Assembly: GCA_963702025.1 (NCBI GenBank)
Contig: OY969699.1
Coordinates: 672,001 to 736,000 of the forward strand
DNA: 64,000 bases
Source of the DNA: an uncultured bacterium
GTDB lineage: Bacteria > Babelota > Babeliae > Babelales > Vermiphilaceae
Reading direction: 5' to 3'
The position numbers and the translations under genes are program-made. Each line of letters starts with the position of its first letter. Positions within the stretch are counted from its first letter, which is position 1. Shown here one piece after another: positions 1 to 10,378 of the stretch. The notes beneath the pieces are model-generated. The model searched no databases. It was not told where the DNA came from and saw only the letters and a program-made list of their open reading frames with translations.

Positions 1-34
1 TCTGAGAAAAAAAATCATAAAGTAGGTTCTGGTC

Positions 35-448
35 ATGAATGAACGTCCAAAAGTTGGTGTTGGTGTTTGCATTGTAAAAGATAATCAAATGTTGATGGGC
101 AAGCGTCTTAATAGCCATGGAGAGGGGGATTGGGCATTTCCCGGTGGGCATCTTGAATTTGGTGAATCCTTAATTGAGTGTGCACGCCGAGAAGTGGCAG
201 AAGAAACCGGCTTGATTATCACCAATATTCGCCGTGGGCCCATAACGGAAGATATTTTTTATCAAGAGAATAAACATTACATCACCATAGTTATGTTGGC
301 AGACTATGTTGCTGGTCACCCCATGATTTTAGAACCGCATAAATGCCAGGAATGGCGCTGGTTTGCATTGGATAATCCGCCCGAGCCATTATTTTTAACC
401 AATCGAAATTTGATAAAGAGTAATGTTAAGCTTAGTACGTATATTTAG
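35..448 (+). CDS. NUDIX hydrolase (NUDT15/MutT-like)
   Basis: Nudix box GGHLEFGESLIECARREVAEETGL; EPHKC..W.W C-terminal motif. Confidence 0.92.
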   Translation: MNERPKVGVGVCIVKDNQMLMGKRLNSHGEGDWAFPGGHLEFGESLIECARREVAEETGLIITNIRRGPITEDIFYQENKHYITIVMLADYVAGHPMILEPHKCQEWRWFALDNPPEPLFLTNRNLIKSNVKLSTYI

Positions 449-472
449 AATTACTCAATTTGGAGTTGCTGT

Positions 473-1090
473 ATGCAGAATACATTGAATGAAAATAGGT
501 TATTTATTGCGCTCGATATGCCACAAGTAAATGATATCAATCAACCGATCCAATTTGCAAACTCTCAATTGCTTCTCAGTCAAGCCGTGCCCGGCTTTCG
601 TCCCGTTACAACATTACATGCAACTATCGTATTTTTAGGCTCCTTGAGTGATGAACAAACGGGACAAGTAAAAATTGCTCTTAAAAGGGCTACACAAGAA
701 TTTATTAATCAGCATAAAAGAGGATTAACCAATGGCATTGCCGGATTTATGATTTATCCGGGTGTTGCCGTAATGGGCAAGAATGCTGTTGCATTAAAGC
801 TGGTTGATAATGCTCTTGTGAATGAATTGTTAACAACAATATTGAAAATATTTAAAGAGTATGGCATTAGCATTGAAGGTAAACATGAAAAATTTGATCT
901 GCATGTTACCATTGGTCGTATTCCTGCTACCTTGAAAAGTGATTATGAAACACAACGGCTTCTTGAGCAATTGCCTGCACCTATTGGCGGGCGTGCGCAG
1001 TTAAAAGAGACATTTACCGTTTCGACTCTTTCATTGTATAAGTCTTTGCCCGGGAGCGAGTATACTGTTATCGAGAGTTATAAGATTTGA
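473..1090 (+). CDS. 2H phosphoesterase / RNA 2',3'-cyclic phosphodiesterase (ThpR/LigT-like)
   Basis: N-terminal RLFIALD and two HxT motifs (LHATIVFLG, LHVTIGR). Confidence 0.85.
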   Translation: MQNTLNENRLFIALDMPQVNDINQPIQFANSQLLLSQAVPGFRPVTTLHATIVFLGSLSDEQTGQVKIALKRATQEFINQHKRGLTNGIAGFMIYPGVAVMGKNAVALKLVDNALVNELLTTILKIFKEYGISIEGKHEKFDLHVTIGRIPATLKSDYETQRLLEQLPAPIGGRAQLKETFTVSTLSLYKSLPGSEYTVIESYKI

Positions 1091-1690
1091 TTATTTTTTA
1101 TGCAAACTTTCATGAGTTTTTATATAGCTTGCTGCGATCCAACCATGGCAAATGGAACATTTTTCTTGCGCAATGCCACTTACAAGTCTTGTTGGTGATG
1201 CTAACCCATAGAAGGCGATTTCTTCATCGGTAGGTGTGGGAATTTCAAGGAAGCCTTCTTCCTGTGTAGGAGCTGGCCGCGTCGCAGGTTTTGCAGGTTT
1301 TTTTGATTCCTTTGGCAAGTTGTTGAGCATATTCCATGCTTGCGTAGTATCACGCAAGAATACTTGCGCCGTGCTGTGATTAAGCTCGGTTTCATAAAGA
1401 GCAATGTGATAGGCACATCCATTCTGTGTGTTAAACAGCTGGTGGCATGCAGAACATTGATATGGCTTGCATAAATGTTCATTATAATGGCTCGTTTCAG
1501 GTTTGCCCACGCATATGATTTTTGAGCATATTTTACAGGTGGTTTTAACCGTTTCTACCTTTCTTTTTTTGGTGTTTTCGGCTATTTTTGGTGCGAAAGC
1601 ATTGTTATTTTCTGTTGGTTTTTCCATCCCTTGTAAAGTGAAAGAAAAGCAAAGAAGCAGAGCAATGGGGTATATTTGGTTCATTTTCAT
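1091..1690 (-). CDS. Exported C2H2 zinc-finger protein with NLS-like KKRKV
   Basis: Signal peptide then G-MEK; KKRKV; C-x2-C-x12-H-x3-H finger, KPYQC linker, second partial finger, C-terminal C-x2-C-x11-H-x3-H. Confidence 0.75.
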   Translation of the reverse strand: MKMNQIYPIALLLCFSFTLQGMEKPTENNNAFAPKIAENTKKRKVETVKTTCKICSKIICVGKPETSHYNEHLCKPYQCSACHQLFNTQNGCAYHIALYETELNHSTAQVFLRDTTQAWNMLNNLPKESKKPAKPATRPAPTQEEGFLEIPTPTDEEIAFYGLASPTRLVSGIAQEKCSICHGWIAASYIKTHESLHKK

Positions 1691-2035
1691 AATTTCTCCA
1701 TTTAGAAATATTGTTTACTTACTCTTTATTCTATATTAATAATTCAGTTTGTCAATGTTTATATTGGCTACAAAACAGCTATTTTTGCTTATTTTCATTA
1801 AAACAGGTGAATAATCTTCGCGTGTCAAATTATGGGATTTTACACATGAGTTTGACGAAGGGGGCTACTCACCATCTGTGATAAGTAACCTTTTCAAGCA
1901 GATTATGAATTTCACAATTCGACTTTAGTGATAAAACTCCCTAAAATCCCCTTTTTTTAGTAGGTTAATAAGACTACCCTTGCTTAAAAATTGCAATTTG
2001 CAATAAAATGATAGTAAGAAGATCAAGAGGGGGAG

Positions 2036-2992
2036 ATGAAGAAAGTAGTAGGAGCCTTATTTTATCTACTCGTAGCAATGCCAGGGTATGGCTATTTATA
2101 TAAAGACAAAGATGTGTATACGCTGCGCAAATGGAACCCGGAGCGTCAGCGATATCGTTATTGGGTAGGTTTTTGTGATTTTCATGATAAAACGAACAAA
2201 GCTAATTTTGCCCAACGAAGAAAAATAGAAGAATTATTGCCGCAACGCGCACGGGATAGCTTTCATGTTCAAGTGGAGGATTTAAGTTCCCCCAATGATG
2301 AGGGCCGTCTGGGTTGTGGTTCATTTTATATCAATTCGAGTGTTGGCATTTTGGCCGGCCTTGCATCTTTTTGCAAAGAACACGCCGTGCCGGTGCAAAA
2401 TGTTGAATATCGCTACTGCCGTGTGGTGGCGCTGGGGCCGGTAATTAATAATATTGCAGCCGATCCTTTTATTTTTCCTTCAACAAAGCGGATGATGATT
2501 TCTCATTTGATGCAAGAAATTGAACAGACCTATTCTGAATTGATGCAGAGTAATGATAATCCTATATTTAAAAATCTTTTGTCCCAAAAATTTCAAGAAA
2601 TTGCTGATACCATGAAAAAAATGGATCTCTGGCGATATCAGAGTAAAAGTATAGCTGATTATTTGAGTGCGTTCTCTTTGCCAATGCAACGGCTTGATAT
2701 TGTAAAAAATTTATTGACCTTTGATGGTATTTTAATTGGTTTCAAATTAGTTGACGGTGTTATAAAAGTGCCCGATAAAGATATGATTGTTGCCTTTGCC
2801 GGCGGCACACACATTGCCGAAGAATATGCATTATTGCAAAGAATTGATGGCTGGGAACCGATAAAAATGGGCAATCATCCATTGGAACGAGCCGCATCGG
2901 TTTCGCAGGATATTGCCGCGCCGGCCGTTGGGTATGGCATTAAACCGGCACCTCTTTCTATTGAATTGCTCGAGCACTATCTAAAGAATTAA
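2036..2992 (+). CDS. Hypothetical exported protein
   Basis: 318-aa ORF, GAGGGGGAG RBS, hydrophobic N-terminal signal peptide. Confidence 0.7.
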   Translation: MKKVVGALFYLLVAMPGYGYLYKDKDVYTLRKWNPERQRYRYWVGFCDFHDKTNKANFAQRRKIEELLPQRARDSFHVQVEDLSSPNDEGRLGCGSFYINSSVGILAGLASFCKEHAVPVQNVEYRYCRVVALGPVINNIAADPFIFPSTKRMMISHLMQEIEQTYSELMQSNDNPIFKNLLSQKFQEIADTMKKMDLWRYQSKSIADYLSAFSLPMQRLDIVKNLLTFDGILIGFKLVDGVIKVPDKDMIVAFAGGTHIAEEYALLQRIDGWEPIKMGNHPLERAASVSQDIAAPAVGYGIKPAPLSIELLEHYLKN

Positions 2993-3951
2993 TAAAAATT
3001 CTTTGTCAAATAGGCGCGTCCTGAATCGCCAAAAATAATCAAGCCCAGATCATCATGCGTAAAATGTTGTTTGGCATATTCATAGGCAGCATAAGCAACC
3101 GCGCCGCTACTTGGCCCGATAAGCAGCCCATATTTTGACGCCATTATTTTAAGCATCGCCAGCGCATTATCATCCGATACGGGAATATAATCATCTATGA
3201 CCGCTTTGTTGAGTACCGGTGTTTCAAAATCGATGCCCATTCCTTCCACTTTATACGGTTTTGGATTGCCATTTGTTGAGCGCCACGATGTATCAGAATC
3301 TATTGCGTGCACTTTAATAGCCTGATTTTTCTCTTTTAAATATTTGCCCACACCACTAATGGTGCCGCCCGTGCCCGCTGCGGCAAAATAATGCGTAACC
3401 AGCCCCTTTGTTTGGTTCCATACTTCAGGTGCTAATGAGCGGTAATGCGCTTGGGCGTTTTGCACGTTAAAATATTGATTGAGCATAACGGCGTTGGGTG
3501 TTTTTTGCAAAATGGCAACTGCTTGGCTGTGATAACTTTGCGGATCTTCAATAAATGAGGTTGCCGGACACATGATCACTTGAGCGCCGTATGCCTTAAT
3601 GGTTTGAAATTTTTCTTGGCTAATTTTTTCTGAGACAGTGACAATAACCGTATATCCTTTTATTGCCCCAATCATTGCCGTTGCCGCACCTTGATTGCCC
3701 GATGATGCTTCAATAATAGTGCCCCCTGGCTTGAGTGCGCCGGTGCGTTCTGCTTCTTCAATCATAAATAATGCTGAACGATCCTTCATTGATCCACTCG
3801 GGTTTAAATATTCTAATTTTGCATAAATATTTCCCGGACAATCAAAAGGAATTCTGATAAGTGGCGTGTTGCCGATGGCATTGAGCAGGCCGTCATGCAT
3901 GCCCGCTTGCTGTTGAAGTGCTGACTTTTTTTGTTGGATCACTAGGTCCAT
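2989..3951 (-). CDS. PLP-dependent cysteine synthase / cystathionine beta-synthase family
   Basis: IGNTPL, KLEYLNPSGSMKDR (PLP lysine), EASSGNQG, GTGGTISG. Confidence 0.93.
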   Translation of the reverse strand: MDLVIQQKKSALQQQAGMHDGLLNAIGNTPLIRIPFDCPGNIYAKLEYLNPSGSMKDRSALFMIEEAERTGALKPGGTIIEASSGNQGAATAMIGAIKGYTVIVTVSEKISQEKFQTIKAYGAQVIMCPATSFIEDPQSYHSQAVAILQKTPNAVMLNQYFNVQNAQAHYRSLAPEVWNQTKGLVTHYFAAAGTGGTISGVGKYLKEKNQAIKVHAIDSDTSWRSTNGNPKPYKVEGMGIDFETPVLNKAVIDDYIPVSDDNALAMLKIMASKYGLLIGPSSGAVAYAAYEYAKQHFTHDDLGLIIFGDSGRAYLTKNFY

Positions 3952-3988
3952 AATCTCCCCGCTGATTGAATTATTTTATATAAGTATG

Positions 3989-4134
3989 CCCGTTCGCTTC
4001 GAGTGAGACCTTAAGGCCGAACCCGGCCTTCGTAGTCTTCTTCGCTTAAGCACAACAGCTTATGAAATTGTACTTCGGCGGAGTAGGCTTGAGAAGTATC
4101 TTGTTCGCATTCCCGAATTGCTCGAGACGAACGG
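3989..4134. repeat. Palindromic intergenic repeat element
   Basis: Terminal inverted arms CCGTTCGCTTCGAG ... CTCGAGACGAACGG, sharing the CGAACGG end with the repeats at 5899 and 21092. Confidence 0.5.
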
Positions 4135-4322
4135 ATAATGATTTTCTCATTATGTTGTTGTTACCAATAATAATTTATTTACGAATGGTTCTCAATGATT
4201 GGCTTTAATAATATAATTCTTTTCTTATGCATCTTGTTTAAATAAAATTTTGGTATGCGTGTTATATTTGCATAGGACGCATAAAATAATGCGAGGTGCA
4301 AATGTCAATAACGATGAGAATT

Positions 4323-5786
4323 TCAGATTTTATTTTTCTGAGCAATCGCCGCTAAAAGTTCTGAAAGCTTTACTTTTTTGATGTCAGGAATGATCTTGCA
4401 TAGTTGAATTGACTTGTCAGGGTTTTTTATTAAGAATTTGTTGTCGACTGAGATGAATGGGCTGATTCTTCGGTGAAATGATTCATGTCGACTCGGATAG
4501 TAGAATGGTATTGCAGTTTTTGTTGCGATATTAATGATATGGCGCGCATTGTTACTGTGATCCTCCAAAACGTAGTGATCATTATCATGCGTATAATATA
4601 GCATTCCCATGCCGCCTTGAACAAAAAAAGGTTCTGAAGAAATTCCATTCTCATCAATAGAGATGCTCGTGCTCTGTTTTTGCGTGTCATAGGCGAATGT
4701 TATTGTCTTATCAAGATCTTTGGTAGAAAAAGTATTTGTCGTTTTACCAAGTATATCATGTTTATACGAGTCAATTGCCGATCCATCTGAGAGATTGTTT
4801 AGTATTTCTTTTTCACAATCACCAAAGAGTACTTTTGTTTTTTCTGCATTCACAATTATATACCGAGAGTATAATAATTTCTGATTGATTTTATGGATAA
4901 GAGTGAAAGATCGATCATAGAAATCAAATGTCCGATTTTCATCATTCACCACAATCATTAAACTGCCATCTTGATTAAAGCATTGCACATATCCTGGAAT
5001 TGTCTTGAGCTCTTCTAGTTTCTGCGCATCGTGGAATACGCTTTGCCATTGTTTAGAATCACTATTGATAATGATCCACTCGCCCAATGGATCTTGGGCC
5101 CATAATTTAAGTTGAGAAGATGGTGCTCCAAGGGAACCGCGAATATTGCCGGTCTGCATATCATAAATTTGCCAATTATTATTATATTTCTTAAAAATTA
5201 AGTTTTTATCAGCGCTACACTTGAAATGATCAGCGGACTCAAACAGAATTGAATAGAGAAATTCACCCGTATTTGACTGCCAGACATGTTTATAATATTG
5301 AAATGAAGGGGTTTCTTGGCAAAATATATAGCCGCCTTTTGGGCTCCATATCGCTTTTTCGAGCCATAATGCTTTTGAGTGGGATGGATTTGTGAGGCTA
5401 TGAATAAATGCCCCGGTCTGAGCATCATGAATGTGTAATGATTTTTGATAAGGTATTAACAACTTGCTGCCATCAGGGCTGAATTTGCCATTTGCCGGAA
5501 CGGTGCACAAAGGAATGGCGTTTGTTTCAACCGGAATGTGTGATTGATTAATGAGTTCATCTACTAAATCACCACGACAGTGTGATAATTCATTCTCAAA
5601 TAATGCAATAAGCTCTGCAACTTCAGGAGTAATTTCATCAATGTCTGCGTAGTATTTTGCCAACAGCTTAACGCACAGTTGTTGCAGCGATGGGATCCCG
5701 TTAGCTTGCGGCATTGTCGGCGCGGCAATTTTTTGCATTGAGCAAATGGGATGAAAGAAAAGAAAAAAAAATAGAGAATATTTCAT
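4323..5786 (-). CDS. Exported BC-box + beta-propeller (WD40-like) protein
   Basis: Signal peptide S-MQK; IPSLQQLCVKLL BC-box; FSPDGSKL, WSPKG, CFNQDGSL blades; paralog of 17280..18728. Confidence 0.75.
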   Translation of the reverse strand: MKYSLFFFLFFHPICSMQKIAAPTMPQANGIPSLQQLCVKLLAKYYADIDEITPEVAELIALFENELSHCRGDLVDELINQSHIPVETNAIPLCTVPANGKFSPDGSKLLIPYQKSLHIHDAQTGAFIHSLTNPSHSKALWLEKAIWSPKGGYIFCQETPSFQYYKHVWQSNTGEFLYSILFESADHFKCSADKNLIFKKYNNNWQIYDMQTGNIRGSLGAPSSQLKLWAQDPLGEWIIINSDSKQWQSVFHDAQKLEELKTIPGYVQCFNQDGSLMIVVNDENRTFDFYDRSFTLIHKINQKLLYSRYIIVNAEKTKVLFGDCEKEILNNLSDGSAIDSYKHDILGKTTNTFSTKDLDKTITFAYDTQKQSTSISIDENGISSEPFFVQGGMGMLYYTHDNDHYVLEDHSNNARHIINIATKTAIPFYYPSRHESFHRRISPFISVDNKFLIKNPDKSIQLCKIIPDIKKVKLSELLAAIAQKNKI

Positions 5787-5898
5787 GGTGTCCCCTGCGT
5801 ATTATTATTTGAGTATTCGGTAATTATGACGTTTTACTATGTGTATAGTATAACTTTCTTATGGCATTTGTGCATACAGAAATCGTACCACAAGGAGC

Positions 5899-5942
5899 AT
5901 GGTTCGATACACTGCGCTGCGCGCAGCACTCACCACGAACGG
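5899..5942 (+). repeat. REP-like palindromic repeat
   Basis: ATGGTTCGATAC-[hairpin]-CACTCACCACGAACGG; inverted copy at 8782-8823. Confidence 0.75.
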
Positions 5943-5975
5943 ATTTTTCTGTTTTCACCACTACCACCACATAGA

Positions 5976-7751
5976 TTATGATTCCTGCATTTGCTGTTGC
6001 CACAACTGCGCATACAACCCATTTTTTGCCAACAATTCAGTATGCGTGCCTTGCTCGGCAATAAGGCCATGATCAAGAACAATAATAGTGTCCGCATTAA
6101 TTACCGTGGATAATCGATGGGCGATGGTAACGGTGGTTGCGCCCACGGAAATCTCTTCAAGATTATTTTGAATTTCACGCTCGGTGTGAGTATCGAGTGC
6201 AGAAGTTGCTTCATCAAAAATGTAAATGGCCGGTTTTTTAAGAAGCACGCGCGCAATAGCGATCCGCTGTTTTTCGCCGCCCGACACTTTGAGTCCTCGT
6301 TCGCCCACTTCCGTGTGGTAGCCATCAGGTAACCGTTTAATGAACCCCTCTAAATGTGCCATGCGTAGTGCATGCTCCACCTCTTGCTGTGAGGCATGCG
6401 GATTGCCATAGGCGATATTATAATAGAGCGTATTGTTAAAAAGCACCGCATCTTGCGGTACGATACCGATCGCCTTGTGCAAATCAGTTTGCTTGATGGT
6501 GCGAATATCGTGGCCGTTGATCAGAATGCGGCCGCCCGTGACATCGTAAAAGCGATAGAGCAACCGCGCGATGGTAGATTTTCCCGATCCGGTTGCGCCA
6601 ACAATGGCCACCCGTTTGCCCGCAGGCACGGTGAATGAGATGCCTTTTAAAATTGGTCGTCGTTTATCGTAGTTAAATTGCACCTGGTCAAAAACAATTT
6701 CTGCGTGTTCAATGTGTAATGCCTCGGCGTTGGGCGCATCCTTAATCTCCGGTTTTAAGGTGAGTAAATTCATGGCGGAAGCCACATCATTGAGCCCTTT
6801 GCGCACTGAACGGATAATATACCCAAAATGATTAAGCGGATAAATAAATTGCAAAAGATAGCCGTTGATTAAAATAAAATCACCCACTTTCATCGTGCCT
6901 TTCATCACCGCGTTGCCCGCCATCCAAGTTAAAAAGATAAGGCCAACACCGACAATAATATTTTGGCCAATTTGCAACCAACTATCATATTTATATTTGA
7001 TAACGCCCGCATCTTCCTGTTCTTGCAAGATCTCATCGCACTCTTTGTGTTCATACCGTTCATTGCCAAAATATTTTACCGTTTCAACATTCAAGAGCGT
7101 ATCCACCAAGCGTGCACCTGCTTCTTGCCGTTTATCATTATACTCTTCTTGCACCGCAATCGATTTTTGTAACCCAAAACCGGTGAATCCCAAATAGCAG
7201 ATCATCACCAAAAGGAGTGCGCCGCTATATAAAAAGCCGTATAAATAGGTGAGCAAAATAATTACCAAAACCATTTCAATAACGGTATTGATCATAAACA
7301 AAAATATGCCCCAGAAAATATGGTCCATGCCATCTTCGGCCCGCTCAATTGCCGTGGTTATTGCCCCGGTTTTACGATCAAGATGAAATCGAATTGATAA
7401 TGTCATTAAATGATCAAAAATACGGAGCGCTAAGAGCCGCATGCTCCGCTCAAGGGATCGATACAGCACAATTGCCCGGACTTGCAAAATAATCTGGCTG
7501 ATCATCCATAACAGACCGTAGCCAATTAAAATGTAGGAAATAAGTGGCATCGGTTGTGGCACGCATGCTGAAAGTGTGTTAACGATACTTCTAAAATAAA
7601 GCGGCAAAGAAATGTTCAGCAAAATCATAATGGCGGTAAAAAGGAGCGATGCGATAACGCGGATGCGCATCTGCCAACCGCCCGTCCACATAAAGGGAAC
7701 AATTTTCATTATTAATCGCAATGATTTAAAATGATGATTAGTTGTTGGCAT
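5976..7751 (-). CDS. ABCB-family ABC transporter, fused permease/ATPase (ATM1/HMT1-like)
   Basis: FHLDRKTG, LLNVETVKYF, Walker A GATGSGKST, signature VSGGEKQR, DEATSALD. Confidence 0.93.
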   Translation of the reverse strand: MPTTNHHFKSLRLIMKIVPFMWTGGWQMRIRVIASLLFTAIMILLNISLPLYFRSIVNTLSACVPQPMPLISYILIGYGLLWMISQIILQVRAIVLYRSLERSMRLLALRIFDHLMTLSIRFHLDRKTGAITTAIERAEDGMDHIFWGIFLFMINTVIEMVLVIILLTYLYGFLYSGALLLVMICYLGFTGFGLQKSIAVQEEYNDKRQEAGARLVDTLLNVETVKYFGNERYEHKECDEILQEQEDAGVIKYKYDSWLQIGQNIIVGVGLIFLTWMAGNAVMKGTMKVGDFILINGYLLQFIYPLNHFGYIIRSVRKGLNDVASAMNLLTLKPEIKDAPNAEALHIEHAEIVFDQVQFNYDKRRPILKGISFTVPAGKRVAIVGATGSGKSTIARLLYRFYDVTGGRILINGHDIRTIKQTDLHKAIGIVPQDAVLFNNTLYYNIAYGNPHASQQEVEHALRMAHLEGFIKRLPDGYHTEVGERGLKVSGGEKQRIAIARVLLKKPAIYIFDEATSALDTHTEREIQNNLEEISVGATTVTIAHRLSTVINADTIIVLDHGLIAEQGTHTELLAKNGLYAQLWQQQMQES

Positions 7752-7907
7752 GAATAGCTCCTTTTATTATTTTCCCCCAAGGTAGCATATTTTAAGTTGT
7801 GATTGCTATTAGAAATTACGTCACTTAAAGATTGTGCAGCAAAAGAGAGATCAGTATACTGATAAGCTAGATACAAAATTTTTTAAAAAAATTGAAAGGA
7901 AAAGAGA

Positions 7908-8738
7908 ATGAAACGTAATCTTTTGCTCAGCGCACTTATCATAACCACTGCATCAATCATTGCCGATGACCAAGATCAAAAACCGGTTGACGCTACCGAA
8001 AAATATCGCACCATGAAAGCACACGAAGTGATTCTTCATGATGAGTATGATGAGGTGATGCCATTAGAGGGAGAATTGCCGCAGGCATATAAAGATGCGA
8101 TACAAAAATATGGCCTCGATGAAAAAGAGATTCATTTTTATACCGCTATTTCTAAGCCGTGGCGCCGGATAAATGTTTTTGTGCAAAAAGTGGGCAAAAA
8201 CATTGTGATCTTACGGCCCAATTTCTTTATCTATTTAACCCAGAAAGAGCAAGCATCCTATATTGCTATTCGCTTAGCAGAAATTGCCGATAATTATTAT
8301 CCGGAATTGGAATGGCCCCAAGATAAGAAATTGAACATGCTCAAAAACGTGAGCATTGGTATTTCCGGTCTGGCGTTGCTCGCGCTCTATCGCAATCAGT
8401 TGCTGGAACACGCGCAACGTGCATGGCCGCTGGTAAAAGATGTCATTTTTTCAAAGGCTGCAGCAATTATTGGCGGATGTGCCGCGATTAATGGCATTGC
8501 CTATGGAATGAATGAACGAAATAGAATACAAACCTATTTAAAACATGAGCTTGATTCTGTTGATAAAATTGGGGCCGAAGGCTTAATATCTGCGCGTGAA
8601 AAGCAGGTTGGTTGGGGAAAAAGAAATGTGTCATGGCTTAACTACCAGTGGAATAAATTACTCGCAAAGTTTGATTTGGCGATGATGCCGGAAGTTGATC
8701 TTGCACGGATTAAAGCACATCTTGCAAAGAATGATTGA
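7908..8738 (+). CDS. Hypothetical exported/membrane protein, possibly a degenerate M48-peptidase-like fold
   Basis: Signal peptide, two hydrophobic segments; LTQKEQASYIAIRLAEI resembles the M48 L..E..A.IAHE..H segment but lacks HExxH. Confidence 0.55.
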   Translation: MKRNLLLSALIITTASIIADDQDQKPVDATEKYRTMKAHEVILHDEYDEVMPLEGELPQAYKDAIQKYGLDEKEIHFYTAISKPWRRINVFVQKVGKNIVILRPNFFIYLTQKEQASYIAIRLAEIADNYYPELEWPQDKKLNMLKNVSIGISGLALLALYRNQLLEHAQRAWPLVKDVIFSKAAAIIGGCAAINGIAYGMNERNRIQTYLKHELDSVDKIGAEGLISAREKQVGWGKRNVSWLNYQWNKLLAKFDLAMMPEVDLARIKAHLAKND

Positions 8739-8781
8739 ACTTATGCGTAATAAGCTGCATAAAAAATGAATTCGCCAGAAA

Positions 8782-8823
8782 CCGCTCGTGGTGAGTGATT
8801 GCGAAGCAATAGTATCGAACCAT
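8782..8823 (-). repeat. REP-like palindromic repeat
   Basis: Reverse complement reads ATGGTTCGATAC-TATTGCTTCGCAAT-CACTCACCACGAGCGG, matching 5899-5942 with a different inner hairpin. Confidence 0.75.
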
Positions 8824-9148
8824 AACAAAGGAAAACTTTATGGATACAAAATTAATGATTCTGGGCATATTCTTTTATTTGCCCTTTATTTGTGCAATGG
8901 AAAAAGATATTAGCATTACTATTACCAATAAGAGCGCAGAAATGGCTAAATATCATGTTGATGAAGCATCAAATTATAATAAAATTAATGGCTTGAATCC
9001 AGAAGGCGGAGAATTGTTTCCCGATAAGAATGCTGTAATTCAACGACCATTTCCTTGTTATAGAAATGTTTTGGTAGATGTAGCAAATATGAATTTAGCT
9101 TCAACATGCGGCATTTTTAACGGAAAAGATGGGCATTATGAGATTACT

Positions 9149-10378
9149 CTTAAGTTCGGACAATTTCATTTTAACAATTCCTAAAGGCTCTTAACCAAAC
9201 AACATCATCTGAATTATTTTCAAGCAGATGGAATTCAACTTGACGTAGTGCTTTCCGAAGTTTGGATCGAGAATATGAATAAATCATATTAAGCAATAAA
9301 TGCAAACCGCTGAACTTAAGCCTTTCGCGCTTCGTGAGCACTTGTAATCGCAGCATTTCGCCTATCAAAATCAATAGATTGTAGGCAATTAATCCAATGA
9401 GGAGCATTTTAAGGAGATTGCCTAAAGTTTTATTCATGATTTTTGTAAAGCCCAATTTATCTTTTATATCTTTGAAACTTTCCTCTATTTTCATGCGTTT
9501 TTTATAGTATTTTAAACCTTCACTTGGCTGACAATCTGTAATTATATACATTGGCTCAGGCATATTGCTTTGCCATTCAGCAGCAATATTTACTTTGATT
9601 TTCCCTTTATAATAAACCCCTTTCCAATTTTTCTTTGAGCCGCGAGTAATAGAAATGTTAATCCTGCTGCCTTTTTTGTCAGTAATAATAATTTGGTTTT
9701 TTCCAGCACTTATTTTTAAGCGTATTGAATAATGAATTTGATGTTTATGAAAGAACTTGATCATCTCCTCATTGCAAAGTTCACGATCAATGACAATTAT
9801 CTTACTCTGAAGCAAAGGAATTAATGGGCGTAAAGCTTCTTGAATAAGCTTCCACTTTCCAGTTGCGCTCTCAGCAATGATTGAAGAAGATATTACATCA
9901 GCAAATATTATTTTAGATCTTCCTTTGAATGGTACACTCAGTGCCAATATGCTGTAGCCAAGTGTTTCTCCATCTTTTAAATATCCAATATAAGCAGTGC
10001 GTTTAGCATTTTTTCGAGTCATCTCAGTAAAATCGAGCAATAGGATATCACTCGCTTGGTCCTGAAATGACAAAAGAGCTTCTGAAAGCTGAGAAACTTC
10101 TAATTTATTTAGAGATCTTGTGATGTTTTTATAGTTAGATTCATACTTGCCGGGTGATGCAGCAGAAATGCTGGAAATTCTAAGCTTTTTTGCTTGTTGG
10201 AACCCCCAAATCATCGATCCGATGAAGTCGGCAACATGAATGTTAAATACTTTTAGCGAATTAATCATTTTTATGATATCTTTTTTGGCAATCATGATTC
10301 TCCTGTTTTTGGTGTTTCTTTGTTTTTTTTAAAAATACACCAGAACAGGAGTCTCTTCTATTTATGTCCGAACTTCAG
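9149..10378 (-). mobile_element. Insertion sequence, IS4-superfamily DDE (1230 bp)
   Basis: 14-bp TIRs CTTAAGTTCGGACA (9149-9162) and TGTCCGAACTTCAG (10365-10378), one mismatch; ATTACT target duplication at 9143-9148 and 10379-10384. Confidence 0.92.
9171..10295 (-). CDS. DDE transposase (IS4-type)
   Basis: LLLDFT, VIDRE and Y-x2-R-x3-E-x6-K motif YKKRMKIEESFKDIK. Confidence 0.9.
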   Translation of the reverse strand: MIAKKDIIKMINSLKVFNIHVADFIGSMIWGFQQAKKLRISSISAASPGKYESNYKNITRSLNKLEVSQLSEALLSFQDQASDILLLDFTEMTRKNAKRTAYIGYLKDGETLGYSILALSVPFKGRSKIIFADVISSSIIAESATGKWKLIQEALRPLIPLLQSKIIVIDRELCNEEMIKFFHKHQIHYSIRLKISAGKNQIIITDKKGSRINISITRGSKKNWKGVYYKGKIKVNIAAEWQSNMPEPMYIITDCQPSEGLKYYKKRMKIEESFKDIKDKLGFTKIMNKTLGNLLKMLLIGLIAYNLLILIGEMLRLQVLTKRERLKFSGLHLLLNMIYSYSRSKLRKALRQVEFHLLENNSDDVVWLRAFRNC

